64,000 nt of DNA. Origin: Candidatus Velthaea sp. GTDB lineage: Bacteria; Vulcanimicrobiota; Vulcanimicrobiia; Vulcanimicrobiales; Vulcanimicrobiaceae. A program made the position numbers and the translations under genes. Positions 1 to 9,199 of the stretch are shown piece by piece; position 1 is the stretch's first letter; every line of letters starts with the position of its first letter. The notes beneath the pieces were generated by a model. It saw nothing but the letters and a program-made list of their open reading frames with translations, was not told the DNA's origin and made no database searches. The DNA is taken from contig CBDCCS010000004.1 in NCBI GenBank assembly GCA_965214935.1, forward strand, positions 32,001-96,000. Reading direction: 5' to 3'.

Positions 1-1
1 G

Positions 2-850
2 GCACTCAATGCACGACCGGCCGACTTGCTCGACGAGTGGCTCCACTGCATTACCGAGGAACTCGCAGCGTTCGACCGCGCGCATCCGGACCGCCCGTCA
101 GCACCATTTGCCGTCAATCAGATCGTCCATCGGTCGAACGACCGGCTCGAGCACGATCTCGACGCTTGTCGCAAATGGAAGGTGCCGATCGTTATTACGT
201 CGCTGGGCGCCCGTACCGACGTTAATACCGCCGTGCACGCGTATGGCGGGATCGTCCTCCACGATGTGATCAACGGCGTTTTTGCCCGCAAGGCAATCGA
301 AAAAGGTGCCGACGGTTTGATTGCGGTCGCCGCCGGTGCGGGCGGGCACGCCGGAACGCTTTCGCCGTTTGCACTCGTACAAGAAATTCGGCGCTGGTTC
401 GGAGGTCCGCTCGTGTTGTCCGGCGCAATCGCGACCGGGCGCGCGATCCTAAGCGCACAAACGATCGGTGCCGACTTCGCCTATATCGGCTCAGCTTTTA
501 TCGCTACTACCGAAGCAAACGCAACGCCGGCATATAAAGAAGCCGTTGTAACCGGAACGGCCGCCGACATCGTTTATACGAATCTGTTCACCGGCGTGCA
601 CGGTAACTATTTGAAATCGTCGATTGTTGCAGCCGGACTCGATCCAGATGCGTTACCGCAAAGCGACCCGGCTGCGATGGATTTCGGCGGCACGGCGGTC
701 AAGGCGTGGCGCGACGTTTGGGGCAGCGGACAAGGCATCGGCGTCATCGATGAAGTCTGCTCGACGGCGATGCTCATCGCGCGGTTACGCACAGAGTATG
801 TCGCCGCGCGCAGCACGATGGTCGAGCGCTCCCGGCGCTACGTCAGCTAA
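2..850 (+). CDS. Nitronate monooxygenase family flavoprotein (5' partial)
   Basis: Frame is open from the window start (ALNARPADLLDEW); motifs GAGGHAG, LSGAI..G, YIGSAFIAT.EA. Confidence 0.85.
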   Translation, partial: ALNARPADLLDEWLHCITEELAAFDRAHPDRPSAPFAVNQIVHRSNDRLEHDLDACRKWKVPIVITSLGARTDVNTAVHAYGGIVLHDVINGVFARKAIEKGADGLIAVAAGAGGHAGTLSPFALVQEIRRWFGGPLVLSGAIATGRAILSAQTIGADFAYIGSAFIATTEANATPAYKEAVVTGTAADIVYTNLFTGVHGNYLKSSIVAAGLDPDALPQSDPAAMDFGGTAVKAWRDVWGSGQGIGVIDEVCSTAMLIARLRTEYVAARSTMVERSRRYVS

Positions 851-1367
851 GCTCCGCCTCTCGGTCATCGAGCAATCCGGGCGGGACATCAACCACAATC
901 CGTTTTGCAGCAACATCGATCGATACGATAAACGCGGCAACCATCGGCACGAGGCGGCGTGCGATCCCGATCACCAGCATATCTTGGGCCGGATAATGTT
1001 CGACGGCAACGACCGTTCCATAGCCGACCTCATGCTTGTCGACGAGCGTACAGCCGACCAGATCCGCATCGAGGTACTCACCCGGTGCCAAAGCGGTGGT
1101 GGCGCGATCGAGTCCAAGCGTGGCGCCGACCAGCGTCTCGGCAGCGTCGATGTCGTCGAAGCCGACGAACGCGGCCAGCGGACGGCCTTTGTGCATGCGT
1201 GAGGACCTGACCCGCAACTCGCATTCCGAGCCGTCGCGCAACCAGGCTCGCACAAGCGTTCCGGCGGCCATCGAATCGCTACCGAGTCGAGTCGCATCGA
1301 TTTTACATTCGCCGTGCAGCCCGAAAACGCCGACGATTCGACCCGCGTTGAGGTCCGGAGCGGTCAC
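843..1367 (-). CDS. rimM: Ribosome maturation factor RimM
   Basis: GRIVGVFGLHGE..., GEYLDADLVGC, PRC-barrel C-terminus; follows rpsP-khpA. Confidence 0.92.
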   Translation of the reverse strand: MTAPDLNAGRIVGVFGLHGECKIDATRLGSDSMAAGTLVRAWLRDGSECELRVRSSRMHKGRPLAAFVGFDDIDAAETLVGATLGLDRATTALAPGEYLDADLVGCTLVDKHEVGYGTVVAVEHYPAQDMLVIGIARRLVPMVAAFIVSIDVAAKRIVVDVPPGLLDDREAELS

Positions 1368-1382
1368 TCCGGCGGGTGAAGC

Positions 1383-1967
1383 TCAGGGGCCGTCGTCATC
1401 CGGTGCGATCTGAACGGGCTGGTCGTCTGCGATTGGTCCGGCATCGTCGGCAATCGTGCCGTGCGCATCAACCGGATGCTCGAGATCTTCCTCTGCTTCA
1501 ACATCATCTTGATCGACATCGACGATATCGACGATGACGCGGCCTTCCGCGCTGGCGCGCACCAGCGTTCGCAAAGCGTGTGCTACCCGGCCGCCCCGCC
1601 CGATAACCTTGCCGAGATCGTCTGGATGAACTTCGAGGGCGATGATCGGACCGCGATCTCCCTCAACTTGGCGAACGACGACACTGGCAGGTGACGCGAC
1701 GAGTTTCTTTGCCAAAAACTCAAGCAAGCCGGCTGCGCGTGCCTGCGACGCGAGCGGATCGCCCGGTTCGCGCACGGGGCGTTCGCGCGGCACAAAACGT
1801 TCGGACGGACCGCGTCGCGGCCGCGCCGGCCGCTCGTCTTCCGGCTCGATTTCATCGATGATCGTCTCGCCCGTCGCGATCGTGCGCGCACCAAGGGTCG
1901 AGCGACGCTCATCTTCTTCGGGCGCTTCATCGCCGAACAGGCCAAATTCGTCGTCGAAAGCCGACAC
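1383..1967 (-). CDS. khpA: KH-domain RNA-binding protein (KhpA/YlqC) with acidic N- and C-terminal extensions
   Basis: DLGKVIGRGGRVAHALRTLV KH motif; lies between rpsP and rimM; GTG start at 1967 just after the rpsP stop. Confidence 0.85.
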   Translation of the reverse strand: MSAFDDEFGLFGDEAPEEDERRSTLGARTIATGETIIDEIEPEDERPARPRRGPSERFVPRERPVREPGDPLASQARAAGLLEFLAKKLVASPASVVVRQVEGDRGPIIALEVHPDDLGKVIGRGGRVAHALRTLVRASAEGRVIVDIVDVDQDDVEAEEDLEHPVDAHGTIADDAGPIADDQPVQIAPDDDGP

Positions 1968-1971
1968 GGAT

Positions 1972-2265
1972 TTAGTCTGACTTCTCCGACTTGGGCTTGC
2001 GCTTGGTATCGGGCACGAAACCACGTTCGACGATGCCGAGTTCGGCAAAAAGCCGGCGCACCGGATCGGACGGCTGGGCGCCCTTGGCGATCCACTCCTT
2101 GGCCTTATCCTGGTTGACGACGACCGTCTTGGGCTCGGTGCGAGGATTATAGTGACCCAAGATCTCGATAAAGCGGCCGTCACGCGGCGAGCGCGCATCG
2201 CTGACGACGAATCGATACGTCGGCTGTTTTTTCGCGCCCATCCGGCGCAACCGTATACGAACCAT
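1972..2265 (-). CDS. rpsP: 30S ribosomal protein S16
   Basis: [41 protein letters not shown]. Confidence 0.98.
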   Translation of the reverse strand: MVRIRLRRMGAKKQPTYRFVVSDARSPRDGRFIEILGHYNPRTEPKTVVVNQDKAKEWIAKGAQPSDPVRRLFAELGIVERGFVPDTKRKPKSEKSD

Positions 2266-2318
2266 ACCTTATCCTTTTTCCAACGGCCTAAAGCCGCAAA
2301 GTACCATGCTGAACAAAT

Positions 2319-3638
2319 TTATCGCCCGAGCCCGGGCAAGCGTAGACCACGGCCGCCTTTTCCTAGTTGCTTCATCATCTGGCGCGACGCCTCGAACTGC
2401 TTGACCAGCCGATTCACGTCCGACACCTGCGTTCCGCTGCCCGCGGCGATGCGCTTGCGCCGCGAACCGTTCAAAATCTCCGGTCGCGATCGTTCGCGCC
2501 GCGTCATCGAACAGATGATCGCTTCGACCTTTTTGACGTCCCGCTCGTCGATATCGACATTCGGCAGCGCTTTTGCCAGCCCCGGAATCATCTTCATGAT
2601 GTCGTTCATCGAGCCCATTTTCCGAACTTGGCGCAATTGCTCGAGGAAGTCATCGAGGGTGAACTCCGATTTGCGCAGCTTCTGCGCGATGTCTTTGGCT
2701 TGCTGCTCGGAGTAGACGGCTTGCGTCTTTTCGATGAGCGTCAGGACGTCGCCCATGCCGAGGATTCGCGATGCCAACCGATCCGGATAGAACGGCTCGA
2801 GCGCGCTGAGCTTCTCGCCGATGCCGACGAATTTAATCGGAGCGCCGGTCATTTTATGGATCGAAAGCGCCGCACCGCCACGCGCGTCGCCGTCCATCTT
2901 GGTCAGCACGACGCCGGTAATGCCCAGCCGGTCGTTAAAGACTTTGGCGACGTTCGTTGCTTCTTGGCCGGTCATTGAATCGGCCACAAACAGAATCTCG
3001 AGCGGTTGAACGGCTGCCTTAATGTTGTCGAGTTCCGTCATGAGAGCGTCGTCGATTTGGAGACGTCCCGCGGTGTCGATGATGACGGTCGGGATGCCGA
3101 GACGTTTCGCTTCGGCAACGCCGTTGCGCGCGATTGCGACCGGATCGCCTTGACCGGCTTCAAAAACGGGCAGATCGATTTGCCGGCCCAGCGTCTGCAG
3201 CTGAGCGATAGCGGCCGGACGATAAACGTCGGCGGCGACCAACAAGGTGCGGCGCCCCTGCTCTTTGAGCCGCAGCGCTATTTTGCCGGCATGCGTCGTC
3301 TTTCCCGACCCTTGCAGACCGACGAGCATGTAGACCGTCGGCGGCGCGTCGCTGTATTGCAGCCGGGATTGCGCCCCGCCCATGAGCTCGACGAGCTCGT
3401 CGTGAACGATCTTAATGATCGTTTGGGCCGGCGTGAGCGAAGCGGCTACATCCGCTCCGGTCGCCTTCTCCTTGATCGCGTTAACGAAATCTTTGGCAAC
3501 CTTGAGCGAGACATCGGCTTCGAGCAGCGCAACGCGCACTTCGCGTAATACCTCGGCAACGTCCGTCTCGGAAAGACGGCCGCGATTCGACATACGACTG
3601 AAGATTGCGCCTAAGCGCTCGCTCAACGCCTCAAGCAT
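2319..3638 (-). CDS. ffh: Signal recognition particle protein Ffh
   Basis: GLQGSGKTT, DTAGRLQ, TKMDGDARGGAALS, Met-rich M domain. Confidence 0.98.
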   Translation of the reverse strand: MLEALSERLGAIFSRMSNRGRLSETDVAEVLREVRVALLEADVSLKVAKDFVNAIKEKATGADVAASLTPAQTIIKIVHDELVELMGGAQSRLQYSDAPPTVYMLVGLQGSGKTTHAGKIALRLKEQGRRTLLVAADVYRPAAIAQLQTLGRQIDLPVFEAGQGDPVAIARNGVAEAKRLGIPTVIIDTAGRLQIDDALMTELDNIKAAVQPLEILFVADSMTGQEATNVAKVFNDRLGITGVVLTKMDGDARGGAALSIHKMTGAPIKFVGIGEKLSALEPFYPDRLASRILGMGDVLTLIEKTQAVYSEQQAKDIAQKLRKSEFTLDDFLEQLRQVRKMGSMNDIMKMIPGLAKALPNVDIDERDVKKVEAIICSMTRRERSRPEILNGSRRKRIAAGSGTQVSDVNRLVKQFEASRQMMKQLGKGGRGLRLPGLGR

Positions 3639-3643
3639 CGAGG

Positions 3644-3889
3644 CTACGCTTTTTCGGTGGTTGCATCGATCTTGGTGACGGCGTCACCAACGGTTTTGAT
3701 TTTTTCGGCTTCTTCATCGGGGATATCGATGTTGAATTCGGTCTCAAACGCCATGACCAACTCAACCTGGTCGAGCGAATCGGCTCCGAGATCATCGGTG
3801 ATCGAGGCCTCGGGCGTTACTTCGGACTCCTCAACACCAAGTTGTTCGACGATAATCTTTTTGACTTTTTCGAAGGTATCAGCGGCCAT
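3644..3889 (-). CDS. acpP: Acyl carrier protein
   Basis: DLGADSLD phosphopantetheine site. Confidence 0.97.
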   Translation of the reverse strand: MAADTFEKVKKIIVEQLGVEESEVTPEASITDDLGADSLDQVELVMAFETEFNIDIPDEEAEKIKTVGDAVTKIDATTEKA

Positions 3890-3914
3890 TAATATTCGGT
3901 AATCTCCACAAGCA

Positions 3915-4661
3915 TCACATCAAAAATCCGCCGTCGACAACGATCGTTTGACCGGTCACGTAACGGGCGGCATCGGAGCACAGAAACGAAACGACGCCGG
4001 CGACATCATCCGGCGAACCCGGACGGCCGAGAGCGATTTGTCGAAGGTACTGGGCACGGGCAGCCTCCGGCATCTGCGCGGTCATCGACGTCTCGATTAG
4101 ACCGGGGGCAACGGCGTTGACTCTTACGTTCCTCGACCCTATCTCCTTCGCTAACGATTTCGTCAAGCCGAGCAAACCGGCTTTGGTCGCACTGTAAGCC
4201 GTTTGTCCGGCACTTCCGGCAAGTCCGACGATGCTCGATACAAAGACGATCGCGCCGCTACGCGCTTTGACCATCGGGCGCAAGGCCGCAGCGGAAAGAT
4301 AAAACGCCGACTTGAGATTCGCGCTCAGCAACCGGTCGAGGTCGTTACTCTTGAACCGAAGGATGAGACCGTCGATTGCTTGACCGGCGTTTGCAACGGC
4401 GATGTCGAGCCGGCCTAGATCGGCGACAACCTGTGTCACGGCACGCATGTTGGCGGCTTCATCCGCGACATCAACGATATACTGCTGCACGCGAGCACCG
4501 GGACGAACCGCGAAGCAGGCTGCAGCCGATGCGTCGAGCGCCGCCGCATCTCGTCCGAGAAGCGCGATATCCGCGCCGCCCTTGACCAGATCAACGGCGA
4601 TTGCGCGCCCGATACCGCGACTCGCACCCGTAACAAGTGCGACTTTCCCGGCAAAAATCAT
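3915..4661 (-). CDS. fabG: 3-oxoacyl-ACP reductase FabG
   Basis: [21 protein letters not shown]; lies between fabD and acpP. Confidence 0.92.
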   Translation of the reverse strand: MIFAGKVALVTGASRGIGRAIAVDLVKGGADIALLGRDAAALDASAAACFAVRPGARVQQYIVDVADEAANMRAVTQVVADLGRLDIAVANAGQAIDGLILRFKSNDLDRLLSANLKSAFYLSAAALRPMVKARSGAIVFVSSIVGLAGSAGQTAYSATKAGLLGLTKSLAKEIGSRNVRVNAVAPGLIETSMTAQMPEAARAQYLRQIALGRPGSPDDVAGVVSFLCSDAARYVTGQTIVVDGGFLM

Positions 4662-5605
4662 CGTTTGACCGGTGCAAGCAACTCGCGCAACATTTCAACC
4701 CCGCGGGCATCATTCACGCTCATGACGCGCGGCGCACCGGCAAGTCGTTTCATCATCGGGGCAAGAACCGAACTAGCGCCGAACTCGACGATGATATCGA
4801 GGTCGTAAGCGACCATTGCCACCGCCGTATCGTGCCACCGGACTTCATCGGTAACCGAGCGCACGAGGTGATTGCGTATTGTCGTAACGTCGCCGTACGG
4901 CAGCGCGTCGACGTTTGAAAGCACGCGAAAGCACGGCAACGTTATCGCCGCGCCGCGCACGAAGCGCTCGAAGTCCGCACGAGCCGGTTCCATCAACGCT
5001 GAATGCCAAGCACCGGCGACATTGAGCGGGATCACGCGTTTAGCGCCGGCCGCAACGGCCGCCTCACCGGCTGCGCCGACCGCTTGCGCATCGCCGCTGA
5101 TGACGATCTGACCCGGCGCGTTGAAATTTGCAAGTTGCACGCGCCCGACGCCGCGTCGAACGACGCTTTCAACGACCGCTTGCAGCGCTGTTGCATCCAG
5201 ACCGAGAACCGCGGCCATCCGGCCCGGCGCTTGCAGCGCCGCACGCTGCATCGCTAGGCCACGTTCGTTCACGAGCGCAAGCGCCGTCTCGAACGACATT
5301 GCATCGGCAATCGTTAAACTGCAGTATTCACCGAACGAATGACCGGCCGACACCACCGGGTCGAGGACGTCGCCGACCGCCGCACGCAAAGCAAGATTGG
5401 CCACGAAGATCGCCGGCTGCGCATACCGCGTTTCACGTAGCGTCGTTTCCGGCCCGCGCAAGCAAACCTCGAACAAATCGTAACCGACGACGTGTTTGGC
5501 GATCGTGAAACATTCCATCGCCGCCGGGAAGGCCTGCGCAACGGCGGTTCCCATTCCGACTGTTTGCGAGCCTTGGCCCGGAAAGATGATACCGGCTCGC
5601 ATCAT
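4658..5605 (-). CDS. fabD: Malonyl-CoA:ACP transacylase FabD
   Basis: FPGQGSQ, GHSFGEY, GAWHS; ATG at 5605 overlaps the fabH stop (ATGA). Confidence 0.95.
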   Translation of the reverse strand: MMRAGIIFPGQGSQTVGMGTAVAQAFPAAMECFTIAKHVVGYDLFEVCLRGPETTLRETRYAQPAIFVANLALRAAVGDVLDPVVSAGHSFGEYCSLTIADAMSFETALALVNERGLAMQRAALQAPGRMAAVLGLDATALQAVVESVVRRGVGRVQLANFNAPGQIVISGDAQAVGAAGEAAVAAGAKRVIPLNVAGAWHSALMEPARADFERFVRGAAITLPCFRVLSNVDALPYGDVTTIRNHLVRSVTDEVRWHDTAVAMVAYDLDIIVEFGASSVLAPMMKRLAGAPRVMSVNDARGVEMLRELLAPVKR

Positions 5606-6621
5606 GCGCTCGTGACGGCCGCGCCGAGTGCGTTCCAGCGCCACGCTATGGCACCCCACGATAAGCCGGCGCCGAACGCGACGAACATCACCAGGTCGCC
5701 GTCGTTGAGCCGCTTGTCGGCATACGCTTGCGACAGAGCGATCGGGATCGACGCGGCCGAAGTGTTCCCGTGCTCGGCAATGTTGATATAAACTCGTTCG
5801 GCGACGACGCCGAGTTGTTTTGCCGCAGCATCGATGATGCGCTTATTGGCTTGATGCGGGATGAGTAATGCAATGTCGTCGATCGTCAAGTCGGCTTGGC
5901 TGAGCGCAGCCTGAACGGACTCGACCATTCGCGTTATCGCATACTTAAACGTTTCGCGTCCTTGCATGCGGATGAAATTTGCGCGTTGGTCGAGCAACGC
6001 AACGTCGATCGGCGAACGCGAGCCACCCGCCGGCAGATACAACATCTCGGGTTTTCTGCCGTCGGAACCGAAATGCGCACCGAGAAAGCTGTTCTCGTCG
6101 GCGCGCTCGACGATCACGGCACCGGCGCCGTCGCCGAAGAGTATCGCTGTCGCCCGATCGGTATAGTCGGTTATTTTAGAGAGTGTTTCGGAACCGATGA
6201 TCATTATGCGCTTATGCACGCCGACCCGAACGAGCGCTGAAACGACGCTGAGTCCGTAAACGAAGCCGCTGCATCCGATTTCCAAATCGAAGGCCGCTTT
6301 GTCGCGCGCACCCAGCGCCGAGGCGACGATCGCGGCAGTCGCCGGAAACAGATAGTCCGGCGTTACGGTGGCCACGACGTAGCAGTCGATATCGTCGGGA
6401 CCGTAGTCGGTGTGCGCTAAGCTCGCGCGGGCGGCCGAAACGGCAAGATCGCTCGATGCTTGAGCAGCGGCTGCGACGTGCCGCTTCTCGATTCCGGTTC
6501 GCGTCGTGATCCACTCATCGTTGGTGTCGAGTGTCCGTTCGAGATCTTCATTCGAGATCGTCTGTTCGGGGACGTAATGCCCGACGCCCGAGATGCGGAC
6601 GCCGTAAGCCTGAAGGGAAAT
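5602..6621 (-). CDS. fabH: Beta-ketoacyl-ACP synthase III FabH (probable ATT start)
   Basis: GCSGF, LFGDGAGA, PHQAN, GNTSAAS; the conserved N-terminus (ISGVGHYVPE...DTNDEWITTRTGIEKRH) continues in frame 82 codons upstream of the ORF-track start at 6375, up to ATT at 6621. Confidence 0.93.
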   Translation of the reverse strand: MSLQAYGVRISGVGHYVPEQTISNEDLERTLDTNDEWITTRTGIEKRHVAAAAQASSDLAVSAARASLAHTDYGPDDIDCYVVATVTPDYLFPATAAIVASALGARDKAAFDLEIGCSGFVYGLSVVSALVRVGVHKRIMIIGSETLSKITDYTDRATAILFGDGAGAVIVERADENSFLGAHFGSDGRKPEMLYLPAGGSRSPIDVALLDQRANFIRMQGRETFKYAITRMVESVQAALSQADLTIDDIALLIPHQANKRIIDAAAKQLGVVAERVYINIAEHGNTSAASIPIALSQAYADKRLNDGDLVMFVAFGAGLSWGAIAWRWNALGAAVTSA

Positions 6622-6675
6622 CGCTTTACGCCCCCGGCGTCATCGTGCGACGGCAGCCGATCCGCGTGCGGTCAT

Positions 6676-6882
6676 CTACCCGTGACTGTGACCGGCATGG
6701 TCTTCCTTGGGCGCAACGAGCGTGCGGCCATCGTAGGTGCCGCACGTCGGGCACACAAAATGCGGAAGTTTCGCCTGATGACACTGCGGGCACTCGGTCG
6801 TCGTCACCGGTGCAAGTTTCCAGTTCGCGGCCCGGCGGCTGCGAGTTTTCGAACGCGGGGTTTTCCATTTAGGATTCGCCAT
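6676..6882 (-). CDS. rpmF: 50S ribosomal protein L32 (zinc-binding type)
   Basis: MANPKWKTPRSKTRSRRA...CPQC...PHFVCPTCGTY; RBS ggaaggc upstream. Confidence 0.95.
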   Translation of the reverse strand: MANPKWKTPRSKTRSRRAANWKLAPVTTTECPQCHQAKLPHFVCPTCGTYDGRTLVAPKEDHAGHSHG

Positions 6883-7390
6883 GATCGCCTTCCATCTCCG
6901 GGCAAACGCATCCGCCGCCCACGTTCTTACTTTGCCCACACATCGCGCACAAGCCGCGACAGTCTTCTTTGCATACAAGGCCGAACGGCAGCGCCGCGGT
7001 TACCAACTGCCGCGCCAGATCTCCAAGATCCAACTCCGTCCCGCTCAAGACATTATTGTCGCCGAACGGATCGCTCGACCCGCTCGGCGGATCGAAACGT
7101 TCCGCTACGTCGACATGGATCGGCACAACGACGTCGTCGAGGCAGCGGTCGCATTGACCGGCCGCATTCGCATCGATCGAACCATCGATTTGAACGCCTC
7201 GTTCGACGCGCCGTAGATCCAGCGCGACATGCGCAGGCTGCGGAAACACGAGCGAACCGAACGGCGGAATCGTGACCGAATCGTCAAACGAGATCGGCCG
7301 TCCTGCGTGCAGTAACGAACCAATGTCGATGACCAACGGAGAACCCACACCATAGAAAACGGGGTTTCCCGCCCGGGATACCCCATGCAA
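6869..7390 (-). CDS. yceD: DUF177/YceD family protein (start may be TTG at 7336)
   Basis: CDRCL and CKEDCRGLCAMCG motifs; immediately upstream of rpmF. Confidence 0.88.
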   Translation of the reverse strand: MHGVSRAGNPVFYGVGSPLVIDIGSLLHAGRPISFDDSVTIPPFGSLVFPQPAHVALDLRRVERGVQIDGSIDANAAGQCDRCLDDVVVPIHVDVAERFDPPSGSSDPFGDNNVLSGTELDLGDLARQLVTAALPFGLVCKEDCRGLCAMCGQSKNVGGGCVCPEMEGDHGES

Positions 7391-7398
7391 ACCGCTCT

Positions 7399-7428
7399 AT
7401 CATAGACCTAGAACCGCTCCCTTGTCAA
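7399..7428 (-). promoter_or_regulatory. Sigma70-type promoter of the yceD-rpmF-fab operon
   Basis: Minus strand TTGACA-N18-TATGAT. Confidence 0.65.
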
Positions 7429-7455
7429 CGCAATGAATTGTCGCAGCTGAGCGCC

Positions 7456-7824
7456 ATGAGCAATTTTCTCACCCTTGGCCTTGGCGGCTCGACCGGCGGC
7501 TTGGCCGGATCGCCGCTCCAGTCGGTTGCCGGCTCTTCGCTTGCAGCGCAAGCCGGGTCCCAAATAACCACGACACGCTCTCTGCAGACCGGCACGTCTG
7601 GAACCGCGAGCCGCGATAGTCAGGTCGCCGATCTGAGCGCGACCACATCTGCGGTCAATCTCTTACAGCAGGCAGCGGCGGCGTTCGACGCGCCGGAGCC
7701 GGCGTTGCCCGCAGCGGCGCCGATGCCCGCACCGGCCAAACCCGCCGACGTGCCGACCGACGATCATGGCGTCAGCAACATCGTTTTTGCCGACGCCGAT
7801 GTCGACGGCAGCTTAATTCACTAA
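7456..7824 (+). CDS. Hypothetical Ser/Gly/Ala/Pro-rich protein, likely disordered
   Basis: ORF MSNFLTLGLGGSTGG... divergent from yceD; no recognisable domain. Confidence 0.6.
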   Translation: MSNFLTLGLGGSTGGLAGSPLQSVAGSSLAAQAGSQITTTRSLQTGTSGTASRDSQVADLSATTSAVNLLQQAAAAFDAPEPALPAAAPMPAPAKPADVPTDDHGVSNIVFADADVDGSLIH

Positions 7825-7859
7825 CCGCCGGTTTGCGCCGGCCGACGAAGGTTGCTGTG

Positions 7860-7883
7860 CGGCCGGCTGTCGCTAGCCGGCCG
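7860..7883 (+). terminator. GC-rich stem-loop between the small ORFs (terminator or mRNA stabiliser)
   Basis: cggccggct-gtcgct-agccggccg, a 9-bp stem with no U-tail. Confidence 0.35.
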
Positions 7884-7946
7884 AGTCGCACGCGTGATTG
7901 CAAAACGAACACCTGATGCAAATGCATCGTTTGAGGAGCGAAAGTA

Positions 7947-8327
7947 ATGAGTCTACTGTCCATGATTACGGGAGCCGCAACAGGCTTTCTAACCGGCGGT
8001 CCGGTCGGCGCCGGTGCCGGTGCCATCTCCGGACTGATCGGCGGTTCGAGCGGCATCGGCGGCGCGACCGGCAGCAGCGTTCTGAGCGGTATGGGTAACT
8101 CGGCACTGCAAACCGGACAAAACGCATACCTCGCTGCAAACGAACAGCTGCAACTGCAGCAACTCGCCTTTCAATACGCCGAGCAGCAACAAGCAGATTC
8201 TTTCGATAACGTCACGTCCGAAAAGTCGGAAATCATGCGTGAGTCCAATGAATTGCGCAACGTTGCGATGGAGCAGCGCAAAGCCGACAACGAGATCACC
8301 AAAGAGTTCATCAAGTCGATCGCTTGA
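7947..8327 (+). CDS. Hypothetical protein with Gly-zipper N-terminus and helical C-terminus (needle/pilin-like)
   Basis: Strong RBS gaggag upstream; C-terminus is paralogous to the next ORF. Confidence 0.8.
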   Translation: MSLLSMITGAATGFLTGGPVGAGAGAISGLIGGSSGIGGATGSSVLSGMGNSALQTGQNAYLAANEQLQLQQLAFQYAEQQQADSFDNVTSEKSEIMRESNELRNVAMEQRKADNEITKEFIKSIA

Positions 8328-8632
8328 TCGTTCCGCCGGCACGGCCCGCGAGCGCGATGCGAACGAGCGCAACGCCGCGGGCAACCGGTACCGGCGGCGG
8401 AGATGCCGACAACGCCGGTGCGGTTGCATCACTCGACGCTCGGCTAACGGCACTCACTGCCCGGACGCCGACCCCGGATGACGAGGCGCTCGAACAACAA
8501 CACGAACGCTTTGACTTTATCGCGCGCGTTCAAGCGGAACTCGAACGCGAGACCAATGCCTTGCGCGACCTTGCAATGGAGCAGATCAAACAAGACGACG
8601 AATTGCTCAAAAAGTGGATCGAACTGATTTAG
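8324..8632 (+). CDS. Hypothetical protein, paralog of the upstream ORF's C-terminal helix
   Basis: TTG start overlaps the upstream TGA; RExNxLRxxAMEQxKxDxE motif shared with 7947..8327. Confidence 0.75.
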   Translation: MIVPPARPASAMRTSATPRATGTGGGDADNAGAVASLDARLTALTARTPTPDDEALEQQHERFDFIARVQAELERETNALRDLAMEQIKQDDELLKKWIELI

Positions 8633-8720
8633 CGTTCTGGGCCGGTCGACGGCGGTATCAATTTCGACCGCCGGCCGTGCTTCCGATGAACAGCGGGCAG
8701 GGCGCGACGCGCCGTCTGCG

Positions 8721-8749
8721 TTGACAAGGGGACGACGCATGTCTACTAT
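8721..8749 (+). promoter_or_regulatory. Sigma70 promoter of tRNA-Ile
   Basis: TTGACA-N17-TACTAT, about 22 nt upstream of the tRNA. Confidence 0.8.
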
Positions 8750-8771
8750 AACGCATTGTCGCGGTACGTAC

Positions 8772-8845
8772 GGGCCATTAGCTCAGCTGGTTAGAGCGCA
8801 TGCTTGATAAGCATGAGGTCCCTGGTTCGATCCCAGGATGGCCCA
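8772..8845 (+). tRNA. tRNA-Ile(GAT)
   Basis: Acceptor GGGCCAT/ATGGCCC; anticodon arm CATGC-TTGATAA-GCATG; GGTTCGA T-loop; CCA not encoded. Confidence 0.97.
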
Positions 8846-9199
8846 CGAAAGCCGACGCAGCACTTCGCGCCGGCGGCGCGACAACCGGCAAGCACGATGC
8901 AAATTAACGTGCCGTTTGTCGTACGTAAGGTCCTGCGACGTACAAGCGGAAAGATCGTAGCTGCTACTACCGCTACTACTTGTTCGCTACGGTTAGATAG
9001 CGGCCGTTGCCTAGCCGAGCGGATTCGCTCGATCGGCACTGAGAAAACGGAATGAAGGGCATCCTAGCCGAGCAGTGCCGATTGGCCAACGTACGCGTTT
9101 TACCACGCTGGCCCGCCGCTAAGGGCGGTACAAGGAACATGCACGCCGGCCGACTGCAAACGAAATTGCTTCCACAAGTCGGCCAAAAGTGCAGCGTCG

